Positions 39,001 through 53,433 are shown, counted from the stretch's first letter. The stretch: 64,000 nt of DNA from Camelus ferus (GCF_009834535.1 NC_045697.1:52578001-52642000), one strand, 5' to 3'. Notes: a model not told the origin generated them from the sequence alone. Numbers and translations are program-made.

Positions 39001-39557
39001 ATGTATTTTAATCCCCAAAATGCAGTTTTAAAAGTCATCTTTGGTTTTAGAAAGGGCTTATTATGAGATGAATTTTTACCACTTTAAACATTAATACCTT
39101 TTACACATCTATTAGTCAACCTTAAGTCTCTTATCCATATTCACCCCTCCCAAACATTCCCCCTACTAAATTTTTTTTTTTTAATTTGTAAGTGAAATCT
39201 TAAACGTGTTTGACATTCTTAATCTCAATAGGAAAAAAAAAAAAACTGCTGGTTGCTCAAGTGAGAGTGAGGCTCCTGGCTCACATAACAAAAGTAACTA
39301 TGGCATTCTGCACGGAACCTGCAACACGCTGTTCAACCCAAAAATAAGGTAACGTCAAAACAGCTAAGACAAAACTTCTCATTGACTCGGCTTGATATTT
39401 GCTAAGTATTCCATATAATCCCCATCTTCTATGGCTCGCTGTATAACAAATATGTAGATAAATTATTTTTCTTAGTTCATTCCTAGTATTCTCATTTCTT
39501 TAAAAGAAATTGAGAATGGCTGTAAGCAACTTAAAACTGGGGAAGAAAATGGATTCA

Positions 39558-39619
39558 TGACACAACATTGTAAAATGATTATAAATCAATAAAAAATGTT
39601 ATTAAAAAAAAAAAAAAGA
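39558..39619 (+). mobile_element. Extremely truncated LINE-1 3' tip (~62 bp)
   Basis: tgacacaacattgtaaaatgattataaatcAATAAA...poly-A. 15-bp TSD AAGAAAATGGAT(T/C)CA at 39543-39557 and 39620-39634. Confidence 0.8.
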
Positions 39620-42600
39620 AAGAAAATGGATCCAAGGAAAGCCTTTTTAAAAAAAATTCTTTTTCTTATTATTTCCTCTTCTGCCCTGCTGGCTTTATTA
39701 GGATATGCCAATAATGGGCTATTGGTGCAAACAGAAGAAATAGGCACACTTTATGTTTTAAAGAAGTACTTTGTGGGATATATAATTAACTATCTCTGCT
39801 TTAATGTTAACAGAGCAATCAGACAGTTCCTTAAAAATAAACAACTTAGTATGATATAGTTGCTGCCTGGCGGGGAAGAGGGACAAGTAAGTCATTTCAG
39901 ATGAAATGTTCTCCATCCACATGAATATAAAGGAGATAGAAGCTGTCCAAAGGAATTAGCCATGTCCCCAAGTGAATGAGAAATGAGCTGGCAGGGACTG
40001 AGCCTCCATGAGAACATTACTTTGAATCAAAACCAAATTTCTAAAACACTCCAGGTGATCCGCTCTATATTTACAGAACTTAAATACTGAAATATTGAAA
40101 AGGATGATTCTGAAATGTTTTAGAAATGAAGCAATTTACTTAGGTGGCAATGTTATATTTCTTGATGGTGTTGTAATGTTTAGGTCTAGAACCAGAGTGA
40201 CAGGAAAGACAAAGGCCAAGTCTCTGAGGGCCTTCTGAGCTGCACACTATTACCCAGCCATGCACTGCTTTAGCCACCACTCCCCAGCTCAACAGCAGGC
40301 CATTCCCCATAAGCTTGGAAGGTCCGTATGTCCAAATCCTTCAAACTGCCTCATCAGAGGTTATTTCTTTTGCATCTTTCTTCTGGTAAAAATTAAAACT
40401 GCAAATACTACTAAAATACTTACTATATTAAGTTACTTTTCTTATAAATATTGTCAGATTTCTTACAGATATTGTCAGATTTTTCTTCTTGCAAGTTAGA
40501 AAAAATAATAATGATAGCATTGGCCTTCAAACTCATAGCATATTAAAAGAACTTATTGTAAGGGAAAGGTAGAGCTGATAAAGTCAGGTGTGATCATGAT
40601 TAACTAACACCTAAGTCATTCTATGCACTACAAACTTTTCTAAGCATTTCACATATATGCATTACTTACTTAAACCCTAGGAATTAAATGAGGAAGGTAT
40701 GGATGAAGAGCTGGAAGCACAGGGAGGCCTGGGCCCTGAGGCACTAAGTATCTGGCAGTGATGCTGTACCTCCCGGTCCTCCCCTTCAGAACAGACGTGC
40801 TCCCCAGGCTGGTGCAGGTGCTGGTGGCCAACAAGGCTCAGCTCAGCCTTGTCTCAGAAATCATCTTAGAGCCACCTAAGCCAAGGTCACAGCCCTGCCC
40901 CTGGGCAGCCCACACCTCAGGACTGGCTGATGTGGGGGAAAGGCCTGGCTCCCTTACCTCAAGACAGGGCAACTGGGAGAGGTCTCCAGGCTTCAGCGCT
41001 CCTGCTAGGATCAGCAGAGGCCTTGGCTGCTACTGATTCGCACTTCGCCTGCTCAGTCTGACTTCCTTGACTCCTTCACAGGCTTTATCCCTCAGCACAA
41101 GCCCCAGTAAACCTCCCGCCCAATCAGGAGCTGTTTCCCAGGGAACCCAGCCTAAGACGGTCCGGGAGGCAGGACTCAAGCCCGGGCACTCCGGCTCCAG
41201 AGTCCACGCTCATAAACGGCCCAGTGAAATACCGACAGTGACACGGATTCGGAAAACAAGTTCCATGGGAGTTCCCACAGGCCTGAACAGCCTACAGGCA
41301 CAAAGGGGTCTCGGTAACAATAACCAAAACGTGCCACATGCCTGCTGGGCCTCAGCAACCTTCTCTGGCTTCAGGAGTCCATCAGCCGTGCTCACCACTA
41401 GCCCTTTCCTGTCCCTCTGCTCGGGCCTCTCCACTTGCGAATGCCGCTCTGCCGCCCGGGATGCTCTCTCCCGGCCCCTGACGCGCTAAACCTGTCGGGC
41501 ACTGAAGTACACAACCCCTGCCTCAGGCTCCGTCCCCGCAGAGCCACGCTCTGCTGCCTGGGTGCCCCAGTGCCCTCTCCCAGCCCGCTCTTCCCAGACC
41601 ACCTCCTGAAAACAGGTCCTCAGCTCTGCCCTACGGTCTCCCTCAGTATGGCTAACGCCTCCTCCCAGGGAAGACAGCACGTGCCCTCCATCCCCCACCC
41701 CACCTCTCACCACAGCCTCTGATGAAACTGCATTTCCTCACATACATTCAACTCATGAAAATAAATACCTCGGGCATCACTGCCCACCATGTAAGCAAAA
41801 ACTGAGACCCTTAGTCCCTGGTGAGACACAGCTAAGACATCCTCTTTACAACATAAAGGATAAACAAAAGAATGTATAAAACACAGCAATATGGGAACAC
41901 TTGGTGTCGGAGCAACAGCTCCACACACTTCCAGCCCCAAGAGCAACACTGAATTATATAATGACCACGAGAGATGAACCAAAGGGAAAATTATATTCAA
42001 CAGTATTGTTATGGAGATAAGTATGTGCAATTCACTTTGGAATAACATACATTAGAAACATATAAGACAATTTTAGTTTGGACGCTTAATTAGGTAGCTT
42101 CAGTGATCAGAAAATTCAATTAAAGTGAATACCTCATACTCTAATGACAGTAGATAAACAGACCACTCCTGCAACTTAAGCAGACCCATTCTGAATTTCC
42201 CAGAGACAGGCTCCTCAAAGCATTATTTCCCCTTCCTTGATTCCACAGATGGCAACTCCTGGTACTCACTGCCCACATTCCAGGCACTTACTCCGTCCCA
42301 TCACTGCTCCCGAGGTCATCAGGGTCCCGTTAGATCACATACCCCAGTATGCCCACTTTAGAACTGAATCCCTCACTGTCTCTACAGGACTGAGAAGTTA
42401 TTCCACCAGCTCCCAATCCAAGCAGCAGCCTGCTTAAAGCCTGGGCCACATCCTCTAGCCTGGTTTCTTCTGCTGCTCTGGTTTTTATATAAAGGACACG
42501 GTGTTATTCAAGCCCATATACTAGAGTCCTTCCATCACAGAAGCTAAAGGCTGTGGTCAAACAGGAATATATGGCACTGGACTTTTCAAGCTTTCTACTT

Positions 42601-45600
42601 AATTTGTGAACACAACATGACATCTAAGTTATTCAACACAACGATTTTTTAACGTACAAAATAGATTTCATTTAATTGGGAAAGCAAGTTATTTCAGAGT
42701 ATAGGAATTATCCCAAATGAACCCTGAACCAAAAGTGGTGGTTTTAATTCAGAAACGCCCAATTTAATTTTATCAGCAGCAAGGTGTGGACTTGATTCAG
42801 GGAAATTTTATAAGGAGTGTTAAGTGATTTGATCATTTTATAGCCTCAGGTGTAATAATGCACTTGTACTAGTGCCTTTTGGTCAAGGTCAAGAGCTAAG
42901 ACCTGCTAAGGCAGGTAAACTTTATAGGAAATGTCAAGTGAGATCAGACCCACAATCCCCTGGACCAACTGTCAGTGACATCTGACAGTGACATCAAAGA
43001 GCAAGAAATAATTCCACAAAATGATAGGTGACTTCAATAAAGTGCTGAGAGAGAGTTCTGGGTCAAGACAGAATATCATCCAAAGAGGTCTATTTACCAG
43101 ACGTGTCCATATTCTCTTTTAAAGTGTATGAATACTCAACCTACCTAAAGATTTGTTCTGGGCCTCTTAAGCCAGTTTCTCCTCTTGGAGTGAAAAGCTG
43201 CTCATAGAATACCCACTACACAAATTTGAACTCTTTCTGATGTTAAACTTCTGTAACCGCTGGTGATCTTGGATCTGGGGCAGAGTATTCGTGACTTTCC
43301 TTAGGCTTGGATTTAGACTTAGGTGAGGTGTCCTTTCAGATTTCATTGTTCAAATAGCTTTCTGTCTGTTCTCTTAAAGACACTCCTCTATTCTCATGAT
43401 ATTCAGTGCATTCCCCTACATCTTTCCCAGTTATGTCTGTCTCGAGGTACAAGACCAAACCTTCAAGGGTGCCATCTAGGTAAGATTCACAAGGTTCAGA
43501 CACTTGGATGAATATTCAGCATTAAAAGACTCCTCTGAAGAGGTGATAACTGAACTCAAATATGAGTTCAAATGTAATATGTAGCAATATACCAAAGAAT
43601 AGTCGAACGTACTGAGATTTCACTGGTAATACTATTATGTATATATAACTAGTAAAATATCTATTCTGCAATGTCTCAATATATCAATCACACATTCACA
43701 CACAGGATAAGGCATGTATATTATAAGGCAAACAATATACACTAACACATAACTACACAGAATGCAATGACATTCTCTCACCTCTACATAAAACCTAGAA
43801 TGAACATGGTGCCCTAACACCGGTACCATAGAGTTCTACTTTTCCTCACTTATATTTGTGCTACATCTTCCAAACATGTAATGAGAACAAAATCTAGATT
43901 TAAATCTCCTAATTCAACATGGTGAATAGAAAAGAATGATTCTGAAAGTGGCAAACACCAAATTCACGGATATGAACATGTAAGTGAGTGAATGACTCTT
44001 TCCCCTGCCCGCTGCAGGCAGACCCATTCAGCTTTTCTAACTGAAACCTAGCAAGTACTCGATGTGCCTAATTTGGCCATTCTTACAATACTTCCCATGT
44101 ATTTTTCAGAGAAGGCACAAAATTTACAATTCCTTATAGACTTTTTTTAGGTCAGTGCCTCTTTAGAAATCTTAAAAGCGCTGTTCACTGGAGGAAGCTG
44201 AGTAAATGCTACATAACAACTGCACTATATTCTAACTTCCTATAAGGCTGCAATTATTTCAAGAAAAAGTGTTTTTAAGTGTTAACAACTTGTTTTTCAC
44301 CTCGAAAAATTAGTGAATAAAACTGTGTCCAATTCAGAGAACAGATAAAATAGAATTATATCTAAAGAGAAAGGTTAGATAATTTTTCCAAGTAACTATA
44401 AAACATCACAAACCCCAACAACAAAAGTTTCATCCCAAAATTTGCTGGATTCCAAACTTCACGACAACAAATTTCACAAGAAATATTTGAAAGACCTAAT
44501 GGCAACGATCAGCACTACTACACTGGTGAAGAAATCGACTTTGATTGAGCATCTCCGATTGGTCTGTTCAGATTTTTGAAAGTAACTAATTACCATTCCA
44601 CTAAGTTAAGTATTTTCACTATAAGATATGCCAGCCACTGTGAGGACCACAAAAGACAGTCAGACACAGTTCTGGCAGCGAGAAAGCAGAAAATGTAGGA
44701 AGACAACATGAACACATGAATGAAACAAAGGGCAGCGCAGAGCCGTATGCAATAAAGTGATCGATTAAAGTGTACAATTCACTACCTAAAGTTTTGGCAG
44801 TAAAAAGTGTGAGTGCCTGAATTATATTTTCTTCTGCTGTCTTTGGACGAGTGTTTTAGTTTCATCACTTAATGTATTTTTCAAGGGAAATTATCTGATC
44901 TCATTTATCTAAATCTTTTGAGACGCTTCCTATCCACATTCTCTCTTTTTCCTGGCAAAGGAGCTCTGTTTGTCAAAGTGCGAACGTGTGAGCTGTGTGT
45001 TTCTGCTTAATCTGTTAACGCTCAGCAATGTTCTAAAGGCGATGGTAATCAGTCCTTTAGCCATCTCCCCGCACCAGGCCCTATCCTCTGCCAGCACCAT
45101 GAGTGCTCATCTGACATTCCTCAGGACATGGTCTCTAGAGGTCAAAGGAGTGGAGGCATTTTGGAAGCAGCTCTCCCATGAGGTCTCGCTGCAGCTGCAG
45201 TCAACATGCAACACGCGAGGGGAGAGTTCCAAAAGGGCAGCCATCAACTCTCAAGGTCCAGTCAAACCTTCAGTCTGCCCGAGGATCTCAGTCCTCACGC
45301 AGAACCACCACGCTTCACTAGACAGCATTTCAGAACTTCATTCAGGAGCATTCTGGGGTCGAAGCTACCAGAGCCTGGTTTGTGTTCAAGATATAGGAAT
45401 CTTCTCATCAGGACAGACAGACAACAGACTTTCATGCTGAAGAGCAGGGGAAACAGAAGCACCACAGCACTCCACACTCATGAGACATCAGGGGAGAGGC
45501 GATCGTAGTCATGATCCTATTCCTTAAATACTTGCTCTTCTCTAAACCAGTAGCACCATTTTTTTTTTTCATTTGCAGGTGCCCAATGGACCCCAAAGGG

Positions 45601-46151
45601 AGGAGCCTTGCTTCCAGTCTTTAAACACAGTAATAATCAGATATGCCTGGGTGATTTGTTTTTAAATGACCCACTTTAACTTCTCACAGGAATGAAGTCA
45701 CCCAGAACAGAAGATGAAGTTTTCTGAAATTCACTATTTTTAAAACAGTAGTTTAACAAGGCTCACCACGATTACCCTTTGTATTTATTTCCATTTTCCA
45801 CAGAAATGGAACAGAAAACAAAAGCTGTCTACTATTCCAGATGAGTCCATTTCTCTAGTAAATCACCCTAAAGCAGCCACATTTGGCTCAAGCACATATA
45901 AGGGATGCTACCTCAAATGTGAAAGTCCTCATAAAATGCAGGCTGACGCATGTTACTCTGAAGCAACGTGTGTGATATGCTCAGAACCCTGAGTACCAAA
46001 AGACAGCTAAATGATGAAAGCCAGCCAAACAAGACTACCACCACCAGCTCTCAAAAGAAAAGAAAAAAACTCAAATACAAGAAAAGAGGAAAAGAAAATC
46101 AGTCTGGGTGAGAAAACCTATCTAGATTTTCACATCAAAATCCAAGTTCCT

Positions 46152-46461
46152 ATCTACAAAACAGAAACAGACTCACAGACATAGTAAGCAAACATGGTTA
46201 CCAGGGGGAAAGGAGGTGGGATGGGATAAGCTGGCAGTCTGAGATGTGCAAATATTAACTACTATATATAAAATAGATAAACAATGAGTTTCTTCTGTAT
46301 AGCACAGGAAACTATATTCAATATCTTGTAGTAACCTACAATGAAAAAGAATATGAAAACGAATATATGTATGTATATGTGTGACTAAAACATTACGCTG
46401 TACACCAGAAATCGACACATTGCAAACTGACTATACTTCAATAAAAAAAAAGTCCAAAACA
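46152..46461 (+). mobile_element. 5'-truncated LINE-1 3' UTR
   Basis: tacaaaacagaaacagactcacagacatag...gctgtacaccagaaatcgacacattgcaaactgactatacttcaataaaa. Perfect 15-bp TSD AAAATCCAAGTTCCT at 46137-46151 and 46462-46476. Confidence 0.92.
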
Positions 46462-47869
46462 AAAATCCAAGTTCCTTCTGCTGCCAGCCTGATTTTGCAA
46501 AGGGATACCTACTACTGTTTATCATGTAATCTTCCAAAATAAAAATCATACAAATTTTAATTCCATTTCATTTAAATATAAATATGTGTCACTAAACTCC
46601 TTTTCATATGAAGAAAAAAGAGGTTCAGAAAATCAAACCAAGAGTTGAGAATCAGACCTTTCAAAGGATTAAGAGTTGCTGCTTTACACAAGCATTTATA
46701 AGGTACATGCTACAAGTTTGCTTTTGATGTTATAATCAGCACGTCTAAGGACCACCTCATCCGCGCTAAGCTGAAAGAGCTCTCTACAAGCTCCAGTCTT
46801 CAGCTATTATTCAGCCTTAAATATCCCATTTTTCATGAGACATGGTTTCCAAGGTATCAGCACTGGAGAAACCACTACAATATTTTAAATCTGGAAATTG
46901 TTGGCCAGCATTCTAATTATAGAAGCTAAAAATATTCCATGTGTAAGCTTTGGGGGCTCATCCATGGGGTGCAGAGCACTGTAATCATTTTCAAAGGTTC
47001 TCCAGGTCCTGCGTGTGTTACTCAGGGGCAGAAAGTTGATGTGAGTTATAGAGTGAAATGGCTGGCTATTCAACTCAATTTTTCAACCTGATGTTTAATG
47101 AACCCTGTCCCAACTCGGCTTTAGCAATAAAAAGTAAAAATCTTAGAGAAAAATTGTAAAACACAGTTTGAAACACGCAGAGTAACAGCTCAAGAAAGAT
47201 GCTGAAGTGTGTTGCTCGTTCATTCAGCAAACAAACATCTATTAATGTCAGGAACTGCTCTCAGTGTTGGCACAATTCAACTCAGGAGTAAGGTATGCTG
47301 TAGAATACAGCAATAATAATAATGACTAAACATGTCTGGCCATTCACGTTTCTGAACAAGGTTTCATAAATACCATCTCTTCTGTCTCTCATAACACCTC
47401 GAACGAATTGGGCTTTACAATCATTTTTAATAATGAAAAAAAAGAGATAGAGATGATTTCTAAATTCTCCAAATCAAATCACTCACAAGTAAGAGAGCTG
47501 ACTCTCCAACCCATACCTTCCAAATGCCCGTCTCCATGAGCCACTGGGCAGTACCACATTATAAGATGCTCTACATTTATGGTACACACGGAGGACATGT
47601 TCTGTGTGGTTTCCCATGTTGTGTTAAAGTTGTTTTGTTTTTTGTTTTGGTTTTGGTTTTTTTAGGACACGGTCTCACAGATCCAGACCATGATGTTACA
47701 AGTTCAAAATGTTCCTAATCTTTTCACTCATTTATTTTACTTATTATATAGAAACACTCGTGAATGAGTTTGCCTGGTTAGCTTAATTTCCTAAACAAAC
47801 AAGTTTACTCCCCAGGTTTTAAAATCTTTCTTACTTGGGATAACATATTGGGCAGAAACTACATGAGCA

Positions 47870-48620
47870 AAAACCCTGAAATAGTGCTTCACAAAAGAAA
47901 ATCAAAAGCCAATAAACATATTAAAAAGGTACAAAAGGTACTCCAGGAAATGCAAATTAAAACCACAATGTGATACAACTATACTTCCACTAGAATGGCT
48001 AAAATTTAAAAAAAGCTAATACCAGCTATTTGTAGGGATGTAGGGTAGCCGAAACTCATAAGATGCTGGGACCACTTTTGAAGGAAGGCGCTATCTACTA
48101 AGACTTGCCCCAATTCAACTCACAACACACACTTCCCAAATCCCCACGTTTACCAAAAGACAGGTATAAGAACGCTCAGGGCAGTACTATTCATAAGAAC
48201 CAAAAATGGGGGAAAAACCCAAATGTCCTTCAAGAGTAAAACGGAAAAATTAACTGTGGCATTCTCATAAAATGGAACACTATAGCACAAAGAGAATAAA
48301 CAAACTGTTGCTATGCACAAAACATGAATGAATCTCACAAACATAACGTTGAGCAAAAGCAGAGAGGCACAAGGATACACAACACGCATTCTCAGACAAA
48401 GTTCAATAACAGGTCAAAGTAACCCACAGTCCCAGAAGTCAGGAGGGACGGTATCCTTGGAGGGGGCTTCTCGCCCCTGATAACAGTTTGCATCTTAGCA
48501 TGGGCAGTGGGTCAGGGCTGCACTCACCGGTAAATCACTGAGTTGTTTACTTATTAATTTAACAACATGTGTACATGGGCTAACTGTGCACATGTTACAT
48601 TTTAATAAAAACTTAAGTAG
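47870..48620 (+). mobile_element. Old LINE-1 fragment (L1MD/L1ME-like)
   Basis: ggaaatgcaaattaaaaccacaatgtgatac...ccactagaatggctaaaattt...atgaatgaatctcacaaacataacgttgagc...atgttacattttaataaaa. Confidence 0.75.
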
Positions 48621-51600
48621 ACAGCAAGGAGGGGAGGAAAAAGAAAAGAAAGAAGGGAAGGAGAAAGGGAGGAGGGAGAAGGAAATGCAACCAAGTGATG
48701 CCGTCAGGGCAGTGTGAATGGTCCTCAGCAACTACGCTGGTGTTAATTCCTACATCTGCTTTCAGTAGTTAGTCTATCTCTTCCTCCGCTTCCAAGCTGT
48801 CCTCTGGCACTTTTCAATGTTATCCGTGTAACTGCCAATATCAGGCCATTTCCATCTTCTAGTTTGTAGTTTACTGTTTGCTATCAGATTAGAAAACCTA
48901 TAATCAGCCCTGTTAGAACAGTACGTGAATTAAGTAAACAGACACTAAGGGACACTTTCCTGTGAGTAAAGTGAAGCCTCTGTAATGTATGCTTTTTTTT
49001 TTCAACCCTCTGTTTTGCCTGCTCAGAGGCTGTTTTGCTGAAGAATATGCCAAATACAGGCGTTCCAAATAGATGAAGTTGTTACTGGGCCGTATCTGTG
49101 AATACTAGGACTCCAGGCCAAAGCTAGAATCAACTAACATAAAATTCCAAATCCCGCAAGTTTACTTATTTGCAAATAGTACAGGAGAATATCAACCAGT
49201 GACTACATTTGCAAGAAAGAAAAGAAACTGCTAACTTCTTACCCAAGACTAGGAACAGCTTTTCTAATTGTGTCACTCATACAACACCACAACAGTTTTC
49301 AAGAATATGTTCCTTTCTTATTTTGCATTTTTATTAATTTTGATTGTTAAAATCCCCCAAAACTATATTACGAGTTTTATTTAAAACTTTAAGGTTTCTC
49401 ATACAGAAATTCAAGTAAACAGAGGATATCCTTTTTCTACACAATAATCCACAAAGCTTAAAAAAAAAAACTCTGAAATATCAGTTGGTGGTTATTTATT
49501 CCCTTTTACATCCTCATTTCACGTCACTTCTTTCTGTATTCATTCTCCATGAAAAAACAAAAGTTAGCGCTCAAGACTGAAGCTACAGCTGGCGCAAGCA
49601 AATGGAAAACTCTTCACCAGTGACTCGCCCGCAGGTGCTGCAGGACCTGAACTAAAGGGGAGGCGACAGGGGGCCACTGCCGAGCAGGATTACCAACAGG
49701 GAATGGAAACCCTCCCTTTATACCAGGATCAACGTCTGTCTGCTTTAGTACCTTAAAAGCTGTGACTGAAACAGCATTTGTTCATTTGATGACAGTCATT
49801 CAATAAACAGGTATCACGGTTTCATCATTTCAAAGATGAAATGTTTGCTCCTACCTCCACCAACAGTTTTCTGCTTAGTTTAAGAAAATCATACAAAGTT
49901 CTCTGTGTCTTCATTTCCCCATCTTTCAACAAGCATAATAATCCCTTATATCTACTTAATTTGTAGGAGAAAAGAACAAGATGGTGTTTAGGTTTCTGAA
50001 AGCAAATACAGATGTACATAGTTTCACCATAACGAGTTCTATCACCACTTTTTCCAACACAAAACTTAGTCCAAAGGCCAGTAAGACCTTATCATTGAAG
50101 GATAAAATCATGCACATCATGAAGAAGATTGGAAGAAAAACTGTATCTACTCTTCACCACAGCAGGTAAGTAAATCCATCACCATTCATAGCTGGCTGTC
50201 CTGATGCCGCGTTTGAAATGCCATTGCATTGCATTGCTGAGACTAGAGAAATGCAATAAAAGTCATGGCCACAAAATCATTATGACAGCCATAAATATGG
50301 CTTCAGATAAAATAAAGTCGGCCACCTTGACAAATGAGTAGTATTTGCACACGTGTGCACGTGCATGTATAAACGTACATCAGACATAAGAACTGGGTAA
50401 AAGGATGGGTTAGGAGAATTCATTTCCACTACTGGAAAAACAACTAATGGTGTACACCACAGGGGATACAAAATATCATCTTCATGTTAGAAGGACAGCA
50501 GCTTATTCTCTATTTGTGACATAAACACATCAAATGCTGTGTTTCTACTGGGAGAAAGGCAAAATGTATGTGGAATACAACATAGCCCTGACCTGGTATG
50601 AAAGAAACATTATTCTTCCCCTCCATAAAATTTCTGCATTACGCAAAAAAATCCTGAAAGTAGCAAGATCTAGTTTTGTGAAGTCTTATTAACTTCCTGG
50701 ATGTTCCTAAACTATGTATTTTGCTAAATAGCTCCCCCACAGTAGAGAAATTTCATAAATCATAGGTTGGCCTTAGAAACTGTGTCAATAGTGGGAACTG
50801 AGAGATGTGCTCTGCTTATAGCTTCCTTTGTTCCATCAAATCACGTACCCTGATCCTTTTCATTTAGCAAGAAAAAACTACTTAGAAACTTTCAACATCA
50901 TTAGATTTTTCTCCTCTCAGTTTGCTCTTTCCACAACCAGTCTTTGTATCTATCAACTCCAGTCTTGGATTTCATTCCCATTATTAAAAATGAACACAAA
51001 AAAGGCTCCAAGAAACATGCAGGTGATGTGTACAGCCACACTTAAGTAGCGGGGAATTCTCACAGGACTCTGTCCCCTGACAATGGTAGTCCTCGTGGAC
51101 TGCAGCGCCCTCAGAGGCGGGCAGAGAAACCTGATTATCTACATGATTCACCAGCTAATGTGTACTTCCTTTCCTTCAGTGCTGTGTTTTTCTTTAAGAT
51201 ACAGGCTATGGCCAGAAGAAGAGATCAGAACCTCAAAACTGTACTTGCCTGAGCTCAGTGAAAAATGAAATTACCACCAGAGCATGCTGGAAGTTGTTCC
51301 GAAGGCGACCCAATTCCTATCACATTTTTCCTCCATATACGATTCCTTTCACACTTTGTCGTAAACCCAAAACGCATTCTAATCATTTAAAAGACTAAAA
51401 TAATAACACTAACATTCAAACACTTAAAGTCATTTTTTGTTAACAAAATGAACTAAAAAAGATACATCATTATAAAGTGAGAGTACATTCTGGCAATCTC
51501 ATTGGCTGGGGTGCCTTGTATACATTAGTAAGGCTCCACAGTGACCCCGAAACATTAAATGATACTGAAAACCTCATTTTGTAAACGCCTTCATACAAAA

Positions 51601-53433
51601 TGTTGCAGGTCCCTTAGTTTTCTGTTTTCTCAAAGGTAGACATGCCTGGAACCATCAAAATATCCCATTTACCCCTCCCACCCCCACCCTGATCAATGCC
51701 CTCAACAGCTCCTAAGAGTATGGCTTTCCTCTCTCTATTCACACATGTGGGAGTTTCTTGTCATCTTACCAGAGACTCTGGGATGAGGTTAAATCCACTC
51801 AATTTCAAGATGTGGTATACAGAAAACAGAATCTTATCACTACATTTAACTTTAAAATGAAAGTAAAAGTTTTTCTCAGTTGTTAAAGCTACACAAAAAG
51901 AAGCAGACATGCTTCTTTGATTGCAGTTACACTAACAACTTCAATCTTAGTGCCGTAATGACCATGAAAATTATTTAAATGCTAATGTGACAGGCACAAG
52001 GAGGAGAGTTTTCAAGTCAGAAACCTTTTCGAAAGACATCACATTGGCCATCAAAAGCTACTGAATAGTGCTCTAACTGCTTTAAAGAACTCATTCAAAT
52101 CAAAATGAAAACGTAAGCCCCAACAAGCAATGGACACATTAACTTAATTCAGGTAATACTCTAATTCCAAGTCCCAGGTACAAGCAAAAAAAAAGGAAAT
52201 ATGGTACAACACAGTGTCTCTTAGGAAAAGAGTTGTTCCAGGATTTGAGACAACGTGTGTTTGGCACAGTCCAGTGTTCGTGATTTCCAATTAGGACCAA
52301 CTTGGTCCAGCACTGGAGTGAAATAGGAAAAGGAATGAGGAGGGTAAACCAAAGTGGTTAACTGCTCTTCACGGTCAAGCCTGGAAAGACCTTCCTGCGG
52401 GCAATTATGCTGAGAAGGTAAGGCCTTGAGAAGGAAGGAGGGATGGAAAAAACAGAAGTTTTACAAGCAAATGTTTTTGAAAAATGCTCTACGATGTTAG
52501 AACAGAGGTAGAACGGCTTCCTTCTCCATCTTTCATGTCAAGTTCAGGGGTTTTGTACTGTTGTTTGTGCTTTTCTTCTTTAATAACTTTTCTCCCTCCT
52601 TGTGGCGCTTGCTGCAGTTTGCTGATGTGGTTCCCAACTCCTGCCTTCCTTTGGTCATTCTTATTAACGGACTGGCAAAGGCTGGGTAAAATGCACTTAA
52701 GAAAAAAGAAATCACCTCTTCTTGCCAGGGCGCACATGCTGCCCAGTACCTGAGGAAGGCTCCACGGTCGCCGGCCAAGAGAAACCCCAGTCTACCCTCC
52801 TCCTCCCCTTTCCAAGTCCATTTCAAATAACTGTGTGTGCCGCTTGCAGAGAATCTGCCTGACTCACCCCCGCCTTCGGCGTGCCAGGGAGAGATGTGAC
52901 TGCTCCGTCTCAGGGCTGGCCGTGACGTGGGGGCCGCGGCCTCGGTGGCACCAAAAGTCCCCCGACTCCCCCGCCTCCCCCGCCAGTGGTTTTGGGAACG
53001 TTTCCCCCTCAAGCAGGTGCCCAGCCACACTAGGGCCAACCGGGCTCACAGGAACACACGTGTCACTGCGCCGGAGCCCAGCCCGCGGGCACAGTGGCCG
53101 CACAGTCGGGGCAGTAACGCCGGGTTACGCGCAGGGGGCTTTACAGCGGGAGAGAAACACCGCCACCCAAACTCCTTTAAACGTTAAGAAGGAAAAAGAA
53201 GTACTTTTCCGCGGCATCAGCTTCCACACTTCGCCGGCACTCAGCCCCGGGGATGCCCGGCCGGCAGCTGACCTCTCTCCCTTCCGGGCGCGCCGAGGCC
53301 GCCGCCCCCACCCCCACCCCCACCCCCCAACGCCGGGACCGGCCTCGGCCCCGCCGCCGCTGCCACCGCCGCCGCCGCCGGGAGGCAGGAGAGTCGGCCG
53401 ACCCTCTCTCCCCTGCCCCGGCCGGGCGCTCAC

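Noticed and set aside
40449..40482. Short tandem duplications and small hairpins (here ATATTGTCAGATTT x2; also ~13048-13090, ~42973-42995, and hairpins at ~14985-15008 and ~32233-32262)
   Set aside because: These are two-copy slippage-type duplications or 8-bp stems at background frequency. They have no array structure and are too short for pre-miRNA calls.
2246..52299. Perfect 15-nt inverted match (TGGTCCTAATTGGAA at 2246-2260 versus TTCCAATTAGGACCA at 52285-52299)
   Set aside because: About one or two such matches are expected by chance in a 64 kb window, and the match does not extend into the flanks.
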